The translations under genes and the position numbers were made by a program. 64,000 bases of DNA from a virus. Lineage: Duplodnaviria > Heunggongvirae > Uroviricota > Caudoviricetes. The notes below the pieces were generated by a model. It saw only the letters and a list, made by a program, of their open reading frames with translations. It was not told the DNA's origin and searched no databases. The number at the start of each line of letters is the position of its first letter. The stretch's first letter is position 1. The DNA lies in the IMG/VR virus record IMGVR_UViG_3300027819_000007, positions 83,787-147,786 of that record. One strand, written 5' to 3'. Positions 20,611 through 29,608 of this stretch are shown one piece after another.

Positions 20611-21304
20611 GTAGTAAATCCAAAACCCAGCAGCCCCTCACATGAGGATCGAAAGATTGTTCCCATCCAAATCCACTTGTCCTGGAACAATAAGTACATG
20701 GAGAAATTTCCTTACCTAGTGATTTCCACTTGGCTCCTGTACCGTCACACTGAGAACATACTTTCCATCCTCGACAGTGTCTCAAGATGTTCTCATTCGT
20801 GCAGTCTGCCTCCTCCAGCATATCTCCCAGGATGGGCATCATGGTAAAATCCCTGGATTGGTATATTTCCTGAGCAAGATTAGGAATAGTTTTACCGTTC
20901 CAAGTGAGCCAGCGGACATTGAATGATGTATCTGGTTTTCTAGTGATGTTCTGGTCCCAATCATACTTCTCCACGGGACACCACGGATTCCCGAAAATGT
21001 CCCTCAACAATGAGGCTCGTTCTGCAAAAGTTGGTTTATTCCTTCCAAATTCCGTCCATCCCCTAGCCCATCCTTCGTCGGAGTATTCTGTTCCACACTC
21101 ACTACTCATTCCGTCTTTCTCATAACCCTCTACTACTTCCAATGCTGTTCCTTGTGCTAAGCAACATGCACAGGCATACAGCCTTAACTTTCTATCACTT
21201 GCTGTAGAAGGACGCCAGGCTCCATATTGAGCTTCTCGTCCTTCCAACAGCCACTCCAGCATCTTGGTAGGGATTTCACACTTCAACCATTCGGTTTCAG
21301 TCAT
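20597..21304 (-). CDS. hypothetical protein, family B (paralog of 21894..22553)
   Basis: 235 aa. Shared C-terminus 'ILGDMLEEADC...RGCWVLDLLLAKE' versus 'ILADALEESGC...RGCWVLDLLLGKE'. CxxC pairs present. Confidence 0.5.
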   Translation of the reverse strand: MTETEWLKCEIPTKMLEWLLEGREAQYGAWRPSTASDRKLRLYACACCLAQGTALEVVEGYEKDGMSSECGTEYSDEGWARGWTEFGRNKPTFAERASLLRDIFGNPWCPVEKYDWDQNITRKPDTSFNVRWLTWNGKTIPNLAQEIYQSRDFTMMPILGDMLEEADCTNENILRHCRGWKVCSQCDGTGAKWKSLGKEISPCTYCSRTSGFGWEQSFDPHVRGCWVLDLLLAKE

Positions 21305-21930
21305 AGTTGTTTTCCTTCTGATGGTGATAAGTTTGCTAGTTCTCGACCTTGAGCAACTAACTTTTCGGAAAAGGCATTTCGTAGTGAAGGTCTCCCAATC
21401 CCATCAATTTTCGTTATGGGGAACAAAGAGAACATTTCTTTAGCATACTTATTGAAATTTTCCATTGTGGTTCGCCACAGGAAGGGGAAACCTCGATGGA
21501 CCATTAATACTTCAACTCCTCCTATCCATCCTTCTTGGATTGTCTTCCCTCGTTCCAAAACACATGGAAAAGGAGTAGAAAACCACTCTTCATAACTTAC
21601 ATACTTCGCTGCCCAGAGGTCCATCACTTGGTCATTTTTGGTGAGATACTGCTTGCAGTTCTTACAGAAGGAAGATTTATCCTTGGGCCAATATAAATTC
21701 TCACCACATGAATACATGAACTGATCACAACCATACTTCCCTGACGCTAGTTCTACTTCCAATCGTAAGAATTGAGCCTGGTTCTGTTTACCCTGCTCCT
21801 CTAACCAATCGGAGTAAACTAGTCTCACTTCATCATCATGAGGATTTTCTAAGATGGCTCTTAGCAGTTGTTTTCCCGTGGTAGTCATGAGAATTACTCC
21901 TTTCCAAGCAAGAGATCCAAAACCCAGCAT
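21301..21930 (-). CDS. protein with N-terminal repeat-companion-like 'RLVYSDWLEE' domain, family C
   Basis: 209 aa. N-terminus 'LLRAILENPHDDEVRLVYSDWLEEQGKQNQAQFLRLEVEL'. Paralog of 22956..23711, with the shared C-terminal block 'AKEMFSLFPIT'. Confidence 0.5.
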   Translation of the reverse strand: MLGFGSLAWKGVILMTTTGKQLLRAILENPHDDEVRLVYSDWLEEQGKQNQAQFLRLEVELASGKYGCDQFMYSCGENLYWPKDKSSFCKNCKQYLTKNDQVMDLWAAKYVSYEEWFSTPFPCVLERGKTIQEGWIGGVEVLMVHRGFPFLWRTTMENFNKYAKEMFSLFPITKIDGIGRPSLRNAFSEKLVAQGRELANLSPSEGKQL

Positions 21931-22553
21931 CCTCGCCAGTGGAGTTGATCTTGTCGTAAGTGACCTATCATTTCCGGAATATCACAACCACTCTCTTCCA
22001 AAGCATCTGCCAGGATAGGAAGTAACTCCTGGTCCAAGGTTCCTTCAAGGTTTCGTTTTTCTTCAATCTCTTTCGCAAGATAAGTAACAGTAGAGTTATT
22101 CCAGGTCAACCATTCATTCCTGATCATGGCATAAGGTGGTGTCCACATTCCATGTTGCTCCATATCCCACAAAGGAGATTTTCCCTCTTGCTGAATGATG
22201 GGTTTGAAAGGATTTCCGATCACATCGTGAAACATCCTGGTAAGATTAAGAAGGTAAGTAGCATGAGGGACCAGATAATCTCTGCCAATCCTATCCAAAT
22301 ATTCCCAGGTGGAGGAATGATGTACTTCCCCTGAATTCTCTGCCCAATGCAAATTATCTTTTTGGATATCACAATTTTCACTTCCGAATGCCAGCCACCA
22401 TATATGAGCAGACAACCAACGCATCTTTCTCGTGGAAAGAGTTCCTAAAGGAGGAATATCCTTTTGACAGGATTGCACAATCCAACTGATTATCTCCTTC
22501 GGATCGGTAAGGGAGAGCCACTTCTCTTCATTCATGGTAGTTACCAAGGTCAT
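21894..22553 (-). CDS. hypothetical protein, family B'
   Basis: 219 aa paralog of 20597..21304. Confidence 0.5.
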   Translation of the reverse strand: MTLVTTMNEEKWLSLTDPKEIISWIVQSCQKDIPPLGTLSTRKMRWLSAHIWWLAFGSENCDIQKDNLHWAENSGEVHHSSTWEYLDRIGRDYLVPHATYLLNLTRMFHDVIGNPFKPIIQQEGKSPLWDMEQHGMWTPPYAMIRNEWLTWNNSTVTYLAKEIEEKRNLEGTLDQELLPILADALEESGCDIPEMIGHLRQDQLHWRGCWVLDLLLGKE

Positions 22554-22683
22554 TGAGTCACTCCTTGAGTTCCAAGCCTACTTTACGGAGCATGGTAATA
22601 ATATCATCCACGGTTACTTGACCAATGTTGACAATAGACAACAGTTTCTTCCTTCCTAGGTTAGCAATATCCTCCACCGTCAC

Positions 22684-23040
22684 TTATCCCGTTTCCTTCC
22701 TCAACAGATAAGCAACATGTCGATGCATACTTCTTACACGATAAGGAGGGAACTGGTTGGTGAATCTTCTATAAGAAAACTCAGTCCACTTCATAGGGAG
22801 GAAAGAGTTAGGATTAATCCCTCCCAAGGTAGCCAATACCTCTACCAAAGAAGTAGTGTCAGATGTTTCCATGAGGAGGTCAGCCAGGGCATGGACCGCT
22901 ACCATGTCCTTCTCACTTTGAATAGCCTGAAGTAAGGCTCGAACATTTTGAGACATCATTTGGTTTTGTCCTTGGTAAAGTCTAGAGGAGGAAGGTTCAC
23001 TAAACCTCTTCCATAGTTCACACATTGTTGAGACAACCAC
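22684..23040 (-). CDS. hypothetical protein
   Basis: 118 aa ORF; its 3' end overlaps the start of the next ORF. Confidence 0.3.
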   Translation of the reverse strand: MVVSTMCELWKRFSEPSSSRLYQGQNQMMSQNVRALLQAIQSEKDMVAVHALADLLMETSDTTSLVEVLATLGGINPNSFLPMKWTEFSYRRFTNQFPPYRVRSMHRHVAYLLRKETG

Positions 23041-23711
23041 TTCTCTGCTTCAAGGAGAGTGAAAAATACAGGAGATCGTCCTACCCCTTTGGCATACCTT
23101 GATTTCTCGATTTGAACAATCTCTGCCGGAATGTTGTACGATGAGTTAGGTATCTCCTTCTTTCGAATAGGTCGAAATGCTCTCCAATAGTAAATCCGTT
23201 CTTCGGTTCCTCTTTTCGGTCCTTCAAAATGGTGTTGTATTGCCACAAGAGGATTCTTATCAATCAATCGAACTTCTGTAATGGGATGTAAAGAGAACAA
23301 CTCCTTTGCATGGTTAAGAAATTCCTCGCAAGGAAGGTGGATCCTAAAAGTAAATCCTCTCCTCCATTGCCAGGACCATTGAGAAATAGTCTCTGGGAAA
23401 TGTTCCGGAAGTATCCACCAGCTAAACCCCAAACCAGATAATTGGATTTGCCTCATTTTCAACGGTTTGTTTTCGTGCATATCCAGAACACACTTGCCAT
23501 TGTGATGCTGCCGTCCACTTCCTTCCTTAACGCACCTTCCACATAGGCACTGAGAACGAAGTTTGTCTACCTGCAACTCCACTCGAATGAATTCAGCACG
23601 GTCTTGCTGTCCATTCTCTTCCAGCCAGTCTGAATAGACGAGACGAACATCATCATCATAAGGATCTTCCAGAATGGCTCGGAGGAGGGATTCTCCGGTG
23701 GTGGTAGTCAT
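22956..23711 (-). CDS. protein with N-terminal 'RLVYSDWLEE' domain, family C'
   Basis: 251 aa. N-terminus 'LLRAILEDPYDDDVRLVYSDWLEENGQQDRAEFIRVELQV', followed by a Cys-rich middle region. Confidence 0.5.
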   Translation of the reverse strand: MTTTTGESLLRAILEDPYDDDVRLVYSDWLEENGQQDRAEFIRVELQVDKLRSQCLCGRCVKEGSGRQHHNGKCVLDMHENKPLKMRQIQLSGLGFSWWILPEHFPETISQWSWQWRRGFTFRIHLPCEEFLNHAKELFSLHPITEVRLIDKNPLVAIQHHFEGPKRGTEERIYYWRAFRPIRKKEIPNSSYNIPAEIVQIEKSRYAKGVGRSPVFFTLLEAEKWLSQQCVNYGRGLVNLPPLDFTKDKTK

Positions 23712-24019
23712 GAATACAAACTCCTCAACTCATCTTCAGAATATCTTAGAACGTTATCCAACAAAGCACATTGGGCTGGTCCGATGTTACAACCATGCCA
23801 CTTCCTCTTTCGTAAGTGGGTGGTGACATGATCTTGTCTCAATCCCATCTCCAACCACAGGTCATAAAGTGGCTGTCGTGCCGACTCGTCTCCCTCTTTC
23901 AATGCTTTGGCTAGCATCACTAAAGTTTGGTGTGGTGTCATTTTTTGTATGCTCCTACGTTGGCAGTGCAATACTGAATACAACTCCCAAAGTTCATGGC
24001 ATTGGTACGACACTGACAC
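23708..24019 (-). CDS. hypothetical protein, family A'
   Basis: 103 aa paralog of 20338..20610. Confidence 0.4.
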   Translation of the reverse strand: MSVSYQCHELWELYSVLHCQRRSIQKMTPHQTLVMLAKALKEGDESARQPLYDLWLEMGLRQDHVTTHLRKRKWHGCNIGPAQCALLDNVLRYSEDELRSLYS

Positions 24020-24546
24020 TCATATTGATCATAAGGATTACAGTGGAGGTCCAGCCACTCAGCAATGATCGGCCCACTAGAAATATGAGAAGTGGTTTCA
24101 TAGAACATAACGCGATGACCATTGAGGATGCTCCAAAAGAAAGCAACATTAATGGGACTTCCAAGAAAGTAACCTACTCTGACAAAACACCCTGGATTCT
24201 CCTCTTTCCAGGTAAGATGATATCTTGGACTTTTGGTTATTCTTTCGTCATTCTCTCGCCATAAAGTTATCATCTCAAAGCTTGTTGCCTCTATGACATA
24301 TTCTGTCTGAGCAAATCTCTTATCTAGCTCTTCCTTCTCCACGGAAGGAAGGATAGAGGTAATGAACTCTTTGACCAAAGAAGGGTTTTCTTCTACCCAA
24401 TCTAGGAGAGCATCCTGTGTAGCTGGACAAAACGGATCGTGTCCCAGGCCACGGAGGAGAACAATTGCATTCTCAATGTCTTTGATTTTCTTGGTGGGCA
24501 TAATTCTTCTTCCTGGTGAAATAAAAATGACGTGGGTGTGAGCCAC
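23938..24546 (-). CDS. hypothetical protein
   Basis: 202 aa ORF; no recognisable motif. Confidence 0.4.
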   Translation of the reverse strand: MAHTHVIFISPGRRIMPTKKIKDIENAIVLLRGLGHDPFCPATQDALLDWVEENPSLVKEFITSILPSVEKEELDKRFAQTEYVIEATSFEMITLWRENDERITKSPRYHLTWKEENPGCFVRVGYFLGSPINVAFFWSILNGHRVMFYETTSHISSGPIIAEWLDLHCNPYDQYECQCRTNAMNFGSCIQYCTANVGAYKK

Positions 24547-24580
24547 GTCATAAAGTAGAATTACATTCTCTTCCCGTTCA

Positions 24581-26473
24581 TCATCCCACAGTGGGAACTG
24601 CTTCCATGAAGAGACTCAAACATGGGATCGCGTCAATCGTCTCACACAAGATTAACTTACCAAGGTCTCCGCTTTGAGTCGTCCTGAACTTAGTAGGACG
24701 TGGAGTAAACTTCGCCTCACTGAGAAGGTTGCCTAGCGTTTCTTCGTCTAACAGGGACTTATGTTCATCTCCAACGAGAAGGGAATTCAACTTCATGGCC
24801 TGGGTCTTGGCTTCCTCACATTCACTTTGCAGTTGGTCAAGAAATCCCAATGACTTCTCCTGATACTGAGTTGTAAGGAATTCCACGTCAGGAACAATGA
24901 TTCTTACCACTCCATCCGGACGAATGGCTCTCCGCAAATCTTTGAGGATGGCTAGTATCTCTTTGAAGGTAAAGTGCTCCAGGACATGAGATAGGAAGAA
25001 GCAGTTTACCACTTCCGTACCGAAGGGAATACCTTGTCGAAGGTCACATTGGGTGAATTTGTAGTTACTTTGTTGAGCATAGTTTTTCAGGTCCAAGATG
25101 TCCAAGTTATGCCACCCCTGGTGCAGCATACTCCAGGCACAGCCGATGTTAACCTTGGTCAAACCACCATCTTCAAAGTAGTGGGGGGGAAATTCTCCTT
25201 GCTCCGACTCCTGTTGAGTAACTACTTCATGTCCTGGAGGGAGGATACCCTGCCACCACTCTTTAGGTTTGATGGTAACACGAGTCAAATCTCCACTGTC
25301 TGGAGGATTGAAGTTGATCCCGTGATAGCCCCTTTTGCTGTAGGTAGCTAGGTCTTGCATAACACGAGGAAGCAATTGCTCCGGAATATGGTCCAACACT
25401 GCGATGCTTACTGCTAAGTCATAGGATTGTGCTAAGACAATTCCTTCACACAGGTCACCCAATGCCATTCGACTGGTGGCACGAGTAAGTTCACAGTGAG
25501 TGGAAATGTCGATCCCGAAGCAATCTACTCCTCTATCCTCTAACCGTTTGATGAGGTATCCTCGACCACACCCTAGCTCCAGAACACTTTGGGGTTTCCT
25601 CCTCAAAATATTCTGGACCGTCATCTCATGGCAGGGGAAGTCCATATAGAAGGGTTTGTAACCTCCACAAAAGCTACCTCCAGAGAAATATCGACGATCA
25701 AAACACTTTCTACGACCTTCTGACGTAAGAAGGAGGGATGGGACCGATTTCTCCCTAACCACATTTCCTTCGTAAGAGGCAGATTCAGTCCCATCCCCCT
25801 GTTTGCTTTTGGTAGTTTGGGTAATTTCCTTAGTAGTAGGGTTAGTTTCGTTTATACCGCCTTCAGGGGGGTTTCCTACCCCTTGGGTCGTATTACCATC
25901 CTCGGACGCGACCTGGACCGTTTTAGGGGTATTTACAAGGGTTTGGGGTTTGGAACACTCTATTAACATATCGGTTTCGTCTCCGGGCCTTGTTTGTGGA
26001 TTCTGGGTATATGGTGATACGATGATGTTTTCAAACCCCGCTTCGGAAAATATCTTGGTAGCCCATCTTGGAGACCATGCTGATTTGTGTGCATTTTCTC
26101 CATAGTCTTGTCCACCAAATAACATACTTCCCTCGTCCCCATCCCATTCCGGTTTTGCAAGAATGTATTTCATCTGGGCTTCGGTGTTGGGTACTACGAC
26201 CACCAGTTTTCCTCCTGGTTGCATGATTCGATGAATTTCTTTTAGAGTTTGCGTGACTAATCTCCAAGAGATATGTTCCAAACAAAAGATAGACAACACT
26301 ATTGGCCATTCATCATCTTTAATTGGCCAAGGAAACTCTTCAAAATTCACTACGAAATTGACTCTTTTGCCTTGACGTACATCTACATTGCAAGTGGTGA
26401 TTGGCTGTGGGTTGTCCCCACCACCAAGTTCGAGAACCTTTGAACCTTCCGGAAGATTGGTGAAACGAATCAT
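24581..26473 (-). CDS. multi-domain SAM-dependent methyltransferase (three class-I MTase-like modules)
   Basis: 630 aa. Three separate glycine-rich SAM-binding-like motifs: 'VLELGGGDNPQ...MQPGGKLVVVVP', 'VLELGCGRGYLIKRLEDRGVDCFGIDIS', and 'FLSHVLEHFT...IRPDGVVRIIVPD'. They are separated by a Thr/Gly/Asn-rich linker. Confidence 0.6.
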   Translation of the reverse strand: MIRFTNLPEGSKVLELGGGDNPQPITTCNVDVRQGKRVNFVVNFEEFPWPIKDDEWPIVLSIFCLEHISWRLVTQTLKEIHRIMQPGGKLVVVVPNTEAQMKYILAKPEWDGDEGSMLFGGQDYGENAHKSAWSPRWATKIFSEAGFENIIVSPYTQNPQTRPGDETDMLIECSKPQTLVNTPKTVQVASEDGNTTQGVGNPPEGGINETNPTTKEITQTTKSKQGDGTESASYEGNVVREKSVPSLLLTSEGRRKCFDRRYFSGGSFCGGYKPFYMDFPCHEMTVQNILRRKPQSVLELGCGRGYLIKRLEDRGVDCFGIDISTHCELTRATSRMALGDLCEGIVLAQSYDLAVSIAVLDHIPEQLLPRVMQDLATYSKRGYHGINFNPPDSGDLTRVTIKPKEWWQGILPPGHEVVTQQESEQGEFPPHYFEDGGLTKVNIGCAWSMLHQGWHNLDILDLKNYAQQSNYKFTQCDLRQGIPFGTEVVNCFFLSHVLEHFTFKEILAILKDLRRAIRPDGVVRIIVPDVEFLTTQYQEKSLGFLDQLQSECEEAKTQAMKLNSLLVGDEHKSLLDEETLGNLLSEAKFTPRPTKFRTTQSGDLGKLILCETIDAIPCLSLFMEAVPTVG

Positions 26474-26494
26474 TGATTATCCTTTGAAAAATAG

Positions 26495-26525
26495 AGAATA
26501 GGTGGGAAATTCCCACCTATTCTCA
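26495..26525 (-). terminator. intrinsic terminator-like perfect palindrome (15-1-15) followed by U-run in minus-strand sense
   Basis: The sequence 'gagaataggtgggaaattcccacctattctc' is followed, in transcript sense, by 'uauuuuuc'. It lies between the HNH gene stop (26622) and the methyltransferase start (26473). Confidence 0.55.
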
Positions 26526-26621
26526 TACCTAACTAACCTCACCCTAAAAACCTCAACCCAACTAACCGGACCCACCAGACCAACCACAACGAACCCTAAC
26601 GTATCTGACCGAACCGCATGT

Positions 26622-26909
26622 TCATTCCCAAACTAGCTCTCGCCAGTTGAAGGGAATGATTCCATCTTCCAATGCCTTGGCTATCATACCTCGGTGTCGG
26701 AAATCAGCACGGAGAACATGACAGCGACGGCAAAGGACTCGTAAATTGGTGTGATGGTTCGTTCCTAACTTCCCTGAACGAATGTGGTCCACATGACATT
26801 CATTCAGAGCCACTTCCTTGTTACAGTGGAAGCACCTTCCGTTGTCTCTTTTCCAGACTGTTTCCCTGGTCTTGTCCCACACTTCCCTCGGTTGGCGTTT
26901 CTTGGGCAT
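26622..26909 (-). CDS. HNH endonuclease
   Basis: 95 aa. 'CFHCNKEV..CHVDHIRSGKLGTNHHTNLRVLCRRCH' is a canonical HNH/zinc motif. Confidence 0.75.
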   Translation of the reverse strand: MPKKRQPREVWDKTRETVWKRDNGRCFHCNKEVALNECHVDHIRSGKLGTNHHTNLRVLCRRCHVLRADFRHRGMIAKALEDGIIPFNWRELVWE

Positions 26910-27549
26910 CTTCCAACTCCTGGTAAGAAATCACATCGAATCTCCCACATCCCACTCGAATACCATCTCCCAAACCACCAAGGGTTCCGGAATCTCGGAG
27001 AATGGCTTTCATTTGTTCACGGGAGATGATGGTTTTGTCCCAACGCAAGGTAAATCGTGCTTTCCAACCAGATCTGGTTGACAGACGGTATCGAATGTTC
27101 CTCCCTTTTGTAGATGGATTCCGAACTGATGTTATGTAAACGAACACCAGGATGGAAGAGTCGGTAGGAGAAAGAACATACTGTTGTGTTAATTTTTCAG
27201 GCATCTTCCGATTGAGAAGAACCACATCTTCTTCTACTTGGAGCGTTGACACCAGTTGGTTTTGAAGAGATCCGCGTCCTTTCTTGGTATGCACGGCTCC
27301 ATTTTTCAAACACCCAAAGACATAGTTTCCTGGTATGTACAGATTTCCGTCCTCTGTAACCATACAGGTTTTCTTCCACTCCTCCGGGTTGTTTCCTGCG
27401 ACTCCTGACCGTTCTTCTTTTTCTAATGGGATGGCATCAGGACCAAAGCGATGCTGAACCAATGCTCTACTCCCCTGAACCAACACTCTTGCTCTTACGA
27501 TGTTTGACATGGACCTTGCCCTTTCGTGGTTCTTCGTTCCATCGAGCAC
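26821..27549 (-). CDS. hypothetical protein
   Basis: 242 aa ORF; its 3' end overlaps the HNH gene start by ~88 nt in another frame. Confidence 0.4.
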   Translation of the reverse strand: MLDGTKNHERARSMSNIVRARVLVQGSRALVQHRFGPDAIPLEKEERSGVAGNNPEEWKKTCMVTEDGNLYIPGNYVFGCLKNGAVHTKKGRGSLQNQLVSTLQVEEDVVLLNRKMPEKLTQQYVLSPTDSSILVFVYITSVRNPSTKGRNIRYRLSTRSGWKARFTLRWDKTIISREQMKAILRDSGTLGGLGDGIRVGCGRFDVISYQELEDAQETPTEGSVGQDQGNSLEKRQRKVLPL

Positions 27550-27673
27550 TTTTGCATTTAGGACATATCCTCACATCACGAATGCGGGGAATCCAGGTGT
27601 AACCACACCGTTTGCAACAAAGCTCATCTGGAAGTTTGATTTCCATGTTAGGGTATCCTACGTTAACGTACAA
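27467..27673 (-). CDS. small zinc-ribbon protein
   Basis: 68 aa with 'CCKRCG...CPKCK' (C4). Confidence 0.4.
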   Translation of the reverse strand: MYVNVGYPNMEIKLPDELCCKRCGYTWIPRIRDVRICPKCKSARWNEEPRKGKVHVKHRKSKSVGSGE

Positions 27674-27692
27674 GTATTGTCAATAGCAAAAA

Positions 27693-27917
27693 CTAAATTT
27701 TCTTTTCCTTGAGGATTTCAAGTAGTATGTGATGGAGTAAAGTAGTCTGATAGATAAGGATATTGGACAGAATGAAAAACATAGCCTTCACTCCTGATTC
27801 AACATTGGAGTGGTCATAGATCCAGTCCCAGGTGAACCATACGGAGAGGAAGAAAGAGATGATAAACATGAAGTAAAAAGCATTTTGGGATTTCTTCACC
27901 TCAGTTGGATCGATCAT
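27693..27917 (-). CDS. small membrane protein
   Basis: 74 aa with two hydrophobic helices. Confidence 0.4.
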   Translation of the reverse strand: MIDPTEVKKSQNAFYFMFIISFFLSVWFTWDWIYDHSNVESGVKAMFFILSNILIYQTTLLHHILLEILKEKKI

Positions 27918-28363
27918 GATTCTTCCTTTGGAGGTAATTTGACTACAATCACTTTGTCCTTACCTACAATCTCTTCTAGTTCTTGTACAGGATCACGAGA
28001 CAACCATGCCATAGGCGGAATGGGTTCCAACTCCAGTTCCTCTCCAAAAGTGGAGTATTGCTCATTCAGCCACACGTCTAGTTCTTCATTGGAAGTAGGT
28101 CCATCTCCTACTCTGTTGAGTTGTGGAAGTTGTTGTAAAACAAAAGGGTGACAGATTTTCATCGCACGAGGAATCTGATGGGTGAAGATGTCGTCGGTGG
28201 TGAGAAAGTTGAGAATGTCAGACACTCCGTCCATACCACGATTGGAAAGAAGTCTTCCGGTAGTGATAGTAAGGATGTCACTTAGATGAAATTTCTTCAT
28301 GGTTGCTCCAATTCGTGTTGAAGGTTCTCTTTCATCCGGGAGAGTCTGGATCGGTAGGGACAA
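27914..28363 (-). CDS. hypothetical protein (probable true start at internal Met near 28297)
   Basis: 149 aa ORF. An internal 'MKKFHLSDIL' start would abut the upstream stop. Confidence 0.4.
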   Translation of the reverse strand: MSLPIQTLPDEREPSTRIGATMKKFHLSDILTITTGRLLSNRGMDGVSDILNFLTTDDIFTHQIPRAMKICHPFVLQQLPQLNRVGDGPTSNEELDVWLNEQYSTFGEELELEPIPPMAWLSRDPVQELEEIVGKDKVIVVKLPPKEES

Positions 28364-28767
28364 TCCGGTACACAGGTTTCAATCTCATTGATTCTTGTTT
28401 TCAGGTCAGCAATGTACTTTTCCTTATTTCGTAATTCTGCAAAAACCTCCTCGATGGGAATGAATGGTCCTTTGTATAGTTCATCCTCATCCGTCATCTT
28501 CTTGAAGCAGGGAACACAATGGTACACTGGACGATGGTGTAATTCCAAAACCTTGCGAGCCATGTCAGGGTTCTTTTCGCACTCTTCCCTGAGCTTGTCG
28601 TCCATATTGATCTTGTCAATAGTAGCAGGTTGAGTTTTCTGTAGGGTGAGAGTCTCCTTACATTTCCAACAAATCCCCTCATTGTCATCGTAATCTTTCT
28701 GAGAGTAAATCCACTTACTCTCAATCAGGTAACGAGCATGAGGACAATCGCAGGTAGGTTTCTTCAT
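28297..28767 (-). CDS. Cys-rich hypothetical protein
   Basis: 156 aa with multiple Cys pairs ('CDCPH', 'CWKCK', 'CVPCF', 'CVPDCP'). Confidence 0.45.
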   Translation of the reverse strand: MKKPTCDCPHARYLIESKWIYSQKDYDDNEGICWKCKETLTLQKTQPATIDKINMDDKLREECEKNPDMARKVLELHHRPVYHCVPCFKKMTDEDELYKGPFIPIEEVFAELRNKEKYIADLKTRINEIETCVPDCPYRSRLSRMKENLQHELEQP

Positions 28768-28772
28768 GGTTG

Positions 28773-29582
28773 CTACTCCATCTTTGGTTCTGCTCCTTGG
28801 AAGATCACTTCAGGACGATTGACTACCTTTCCAAATGGTGGCATCTCCACGATCTTCACATCACTCCGTTCGATCATCAAATCTGGATTGGTTCTTGCTT
28901 CGTGTTTAGTAGGCAAACTTTCCAACTCTTCACTAGTGAACTTTCTGGTGGTAACTTGCTTTTGTACAAAAGTTCCACGCTTGAAGAATGGTAAATAGTC
29001 ATTCCAATTGATACCACGACCAAATAACATCTCCTGCATTTCGGGACCATTCTTGTTGTAGAGTTCCTTGTGACTAAAAACGGATTGGGCTGCCATAGAA
29101 ATGGAGTTTCGAGTAGCATCCTGCTCCCGCCACAAGAATACGTTAACCCCTTCCACTATGTTGGGAACATTCCATACTCGACAATCGAAGTGAGCAATGG
29201 GTAAATTCATCAATGGAAATCTGGAGGGGACATGTTTGTTGAACCATCCCGTACACAAAGAAGACAACACTGATACCATCTTCTGAATTTTGCCATCGAA
29301 GAAGATTTGACTTTTGAAGTCGGTACTGTGCCAAGCCAAAGTGATTTCATCCGACTGCACGTATCCCATACAAGCATTGGTTTCTTTGACAAGGTAAATC
29401 GTGGTGTCAATCATAAGGGCAGAAAGTCGCTCATCGTAAGGACGTTCCATCCCCCTGGTCCAGTTGTGGAAGTTCTTTCCATCAAGACGAGCAAAAGCAG
29501 GGAGGAGAGGAATAAGTTTTCTTCTTGCTTCCATCCCTTCATAAAGCTTCATACGTTCACCAAAATCAGTTGTATCTGCCAT
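28773..29582 (-). CDS. Thg1-like protein (tRNA-His guanylyltransferase family, 3'-5' nucleotidyltransferase)
   Basis: 269 aa. 'FARLDGKNFHNWTRGMERPYDERLSALM' matches the Thg1/TLP N-terminal signature ('R.DG..FH.F......KP.D'). Lies immediately upstream of a four-tRNA cluster. Confidence 0.65.
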   Translation of the reverse strand: MADTTDFGERMKLYEGMEARRKLIPLLPAFARLDGKNFHNWTRGMERPYDERLSALMIDTTIYLVKETNACMGYVQSDEITLAWHSTDFKSQIFFDGKIQKMVSVLSSLCTGWFNKHVPSRFPLMNLPIAHFDCRVWNVPNIVEGVNVFLWREQDATRNSISMAAQSVFSHKELYNKNGPEMQEMLFGRGINWNDYLPFFKRGTFVQKQVTTRKFTSEELESLPTKHEARTNPDLMIERSDVKIVEMPPFGKVVNRPEVIFQGAEPKME

Positions 29583-29608
29583 GTTGTTCTCCTAAAGGTT
29601 AGTACCAG

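Noticed and set aside
24584-24596. Palindrome tcccacagtggga resembling the GTGGGA/TCCCAC half-sites
   Set aside because: It coincides exactly with the last codons (..PTVG*) of the tri-methyltransferase gene, so it may be a coding coincidence. Kept only as a weak member of the inverted-repeat family.
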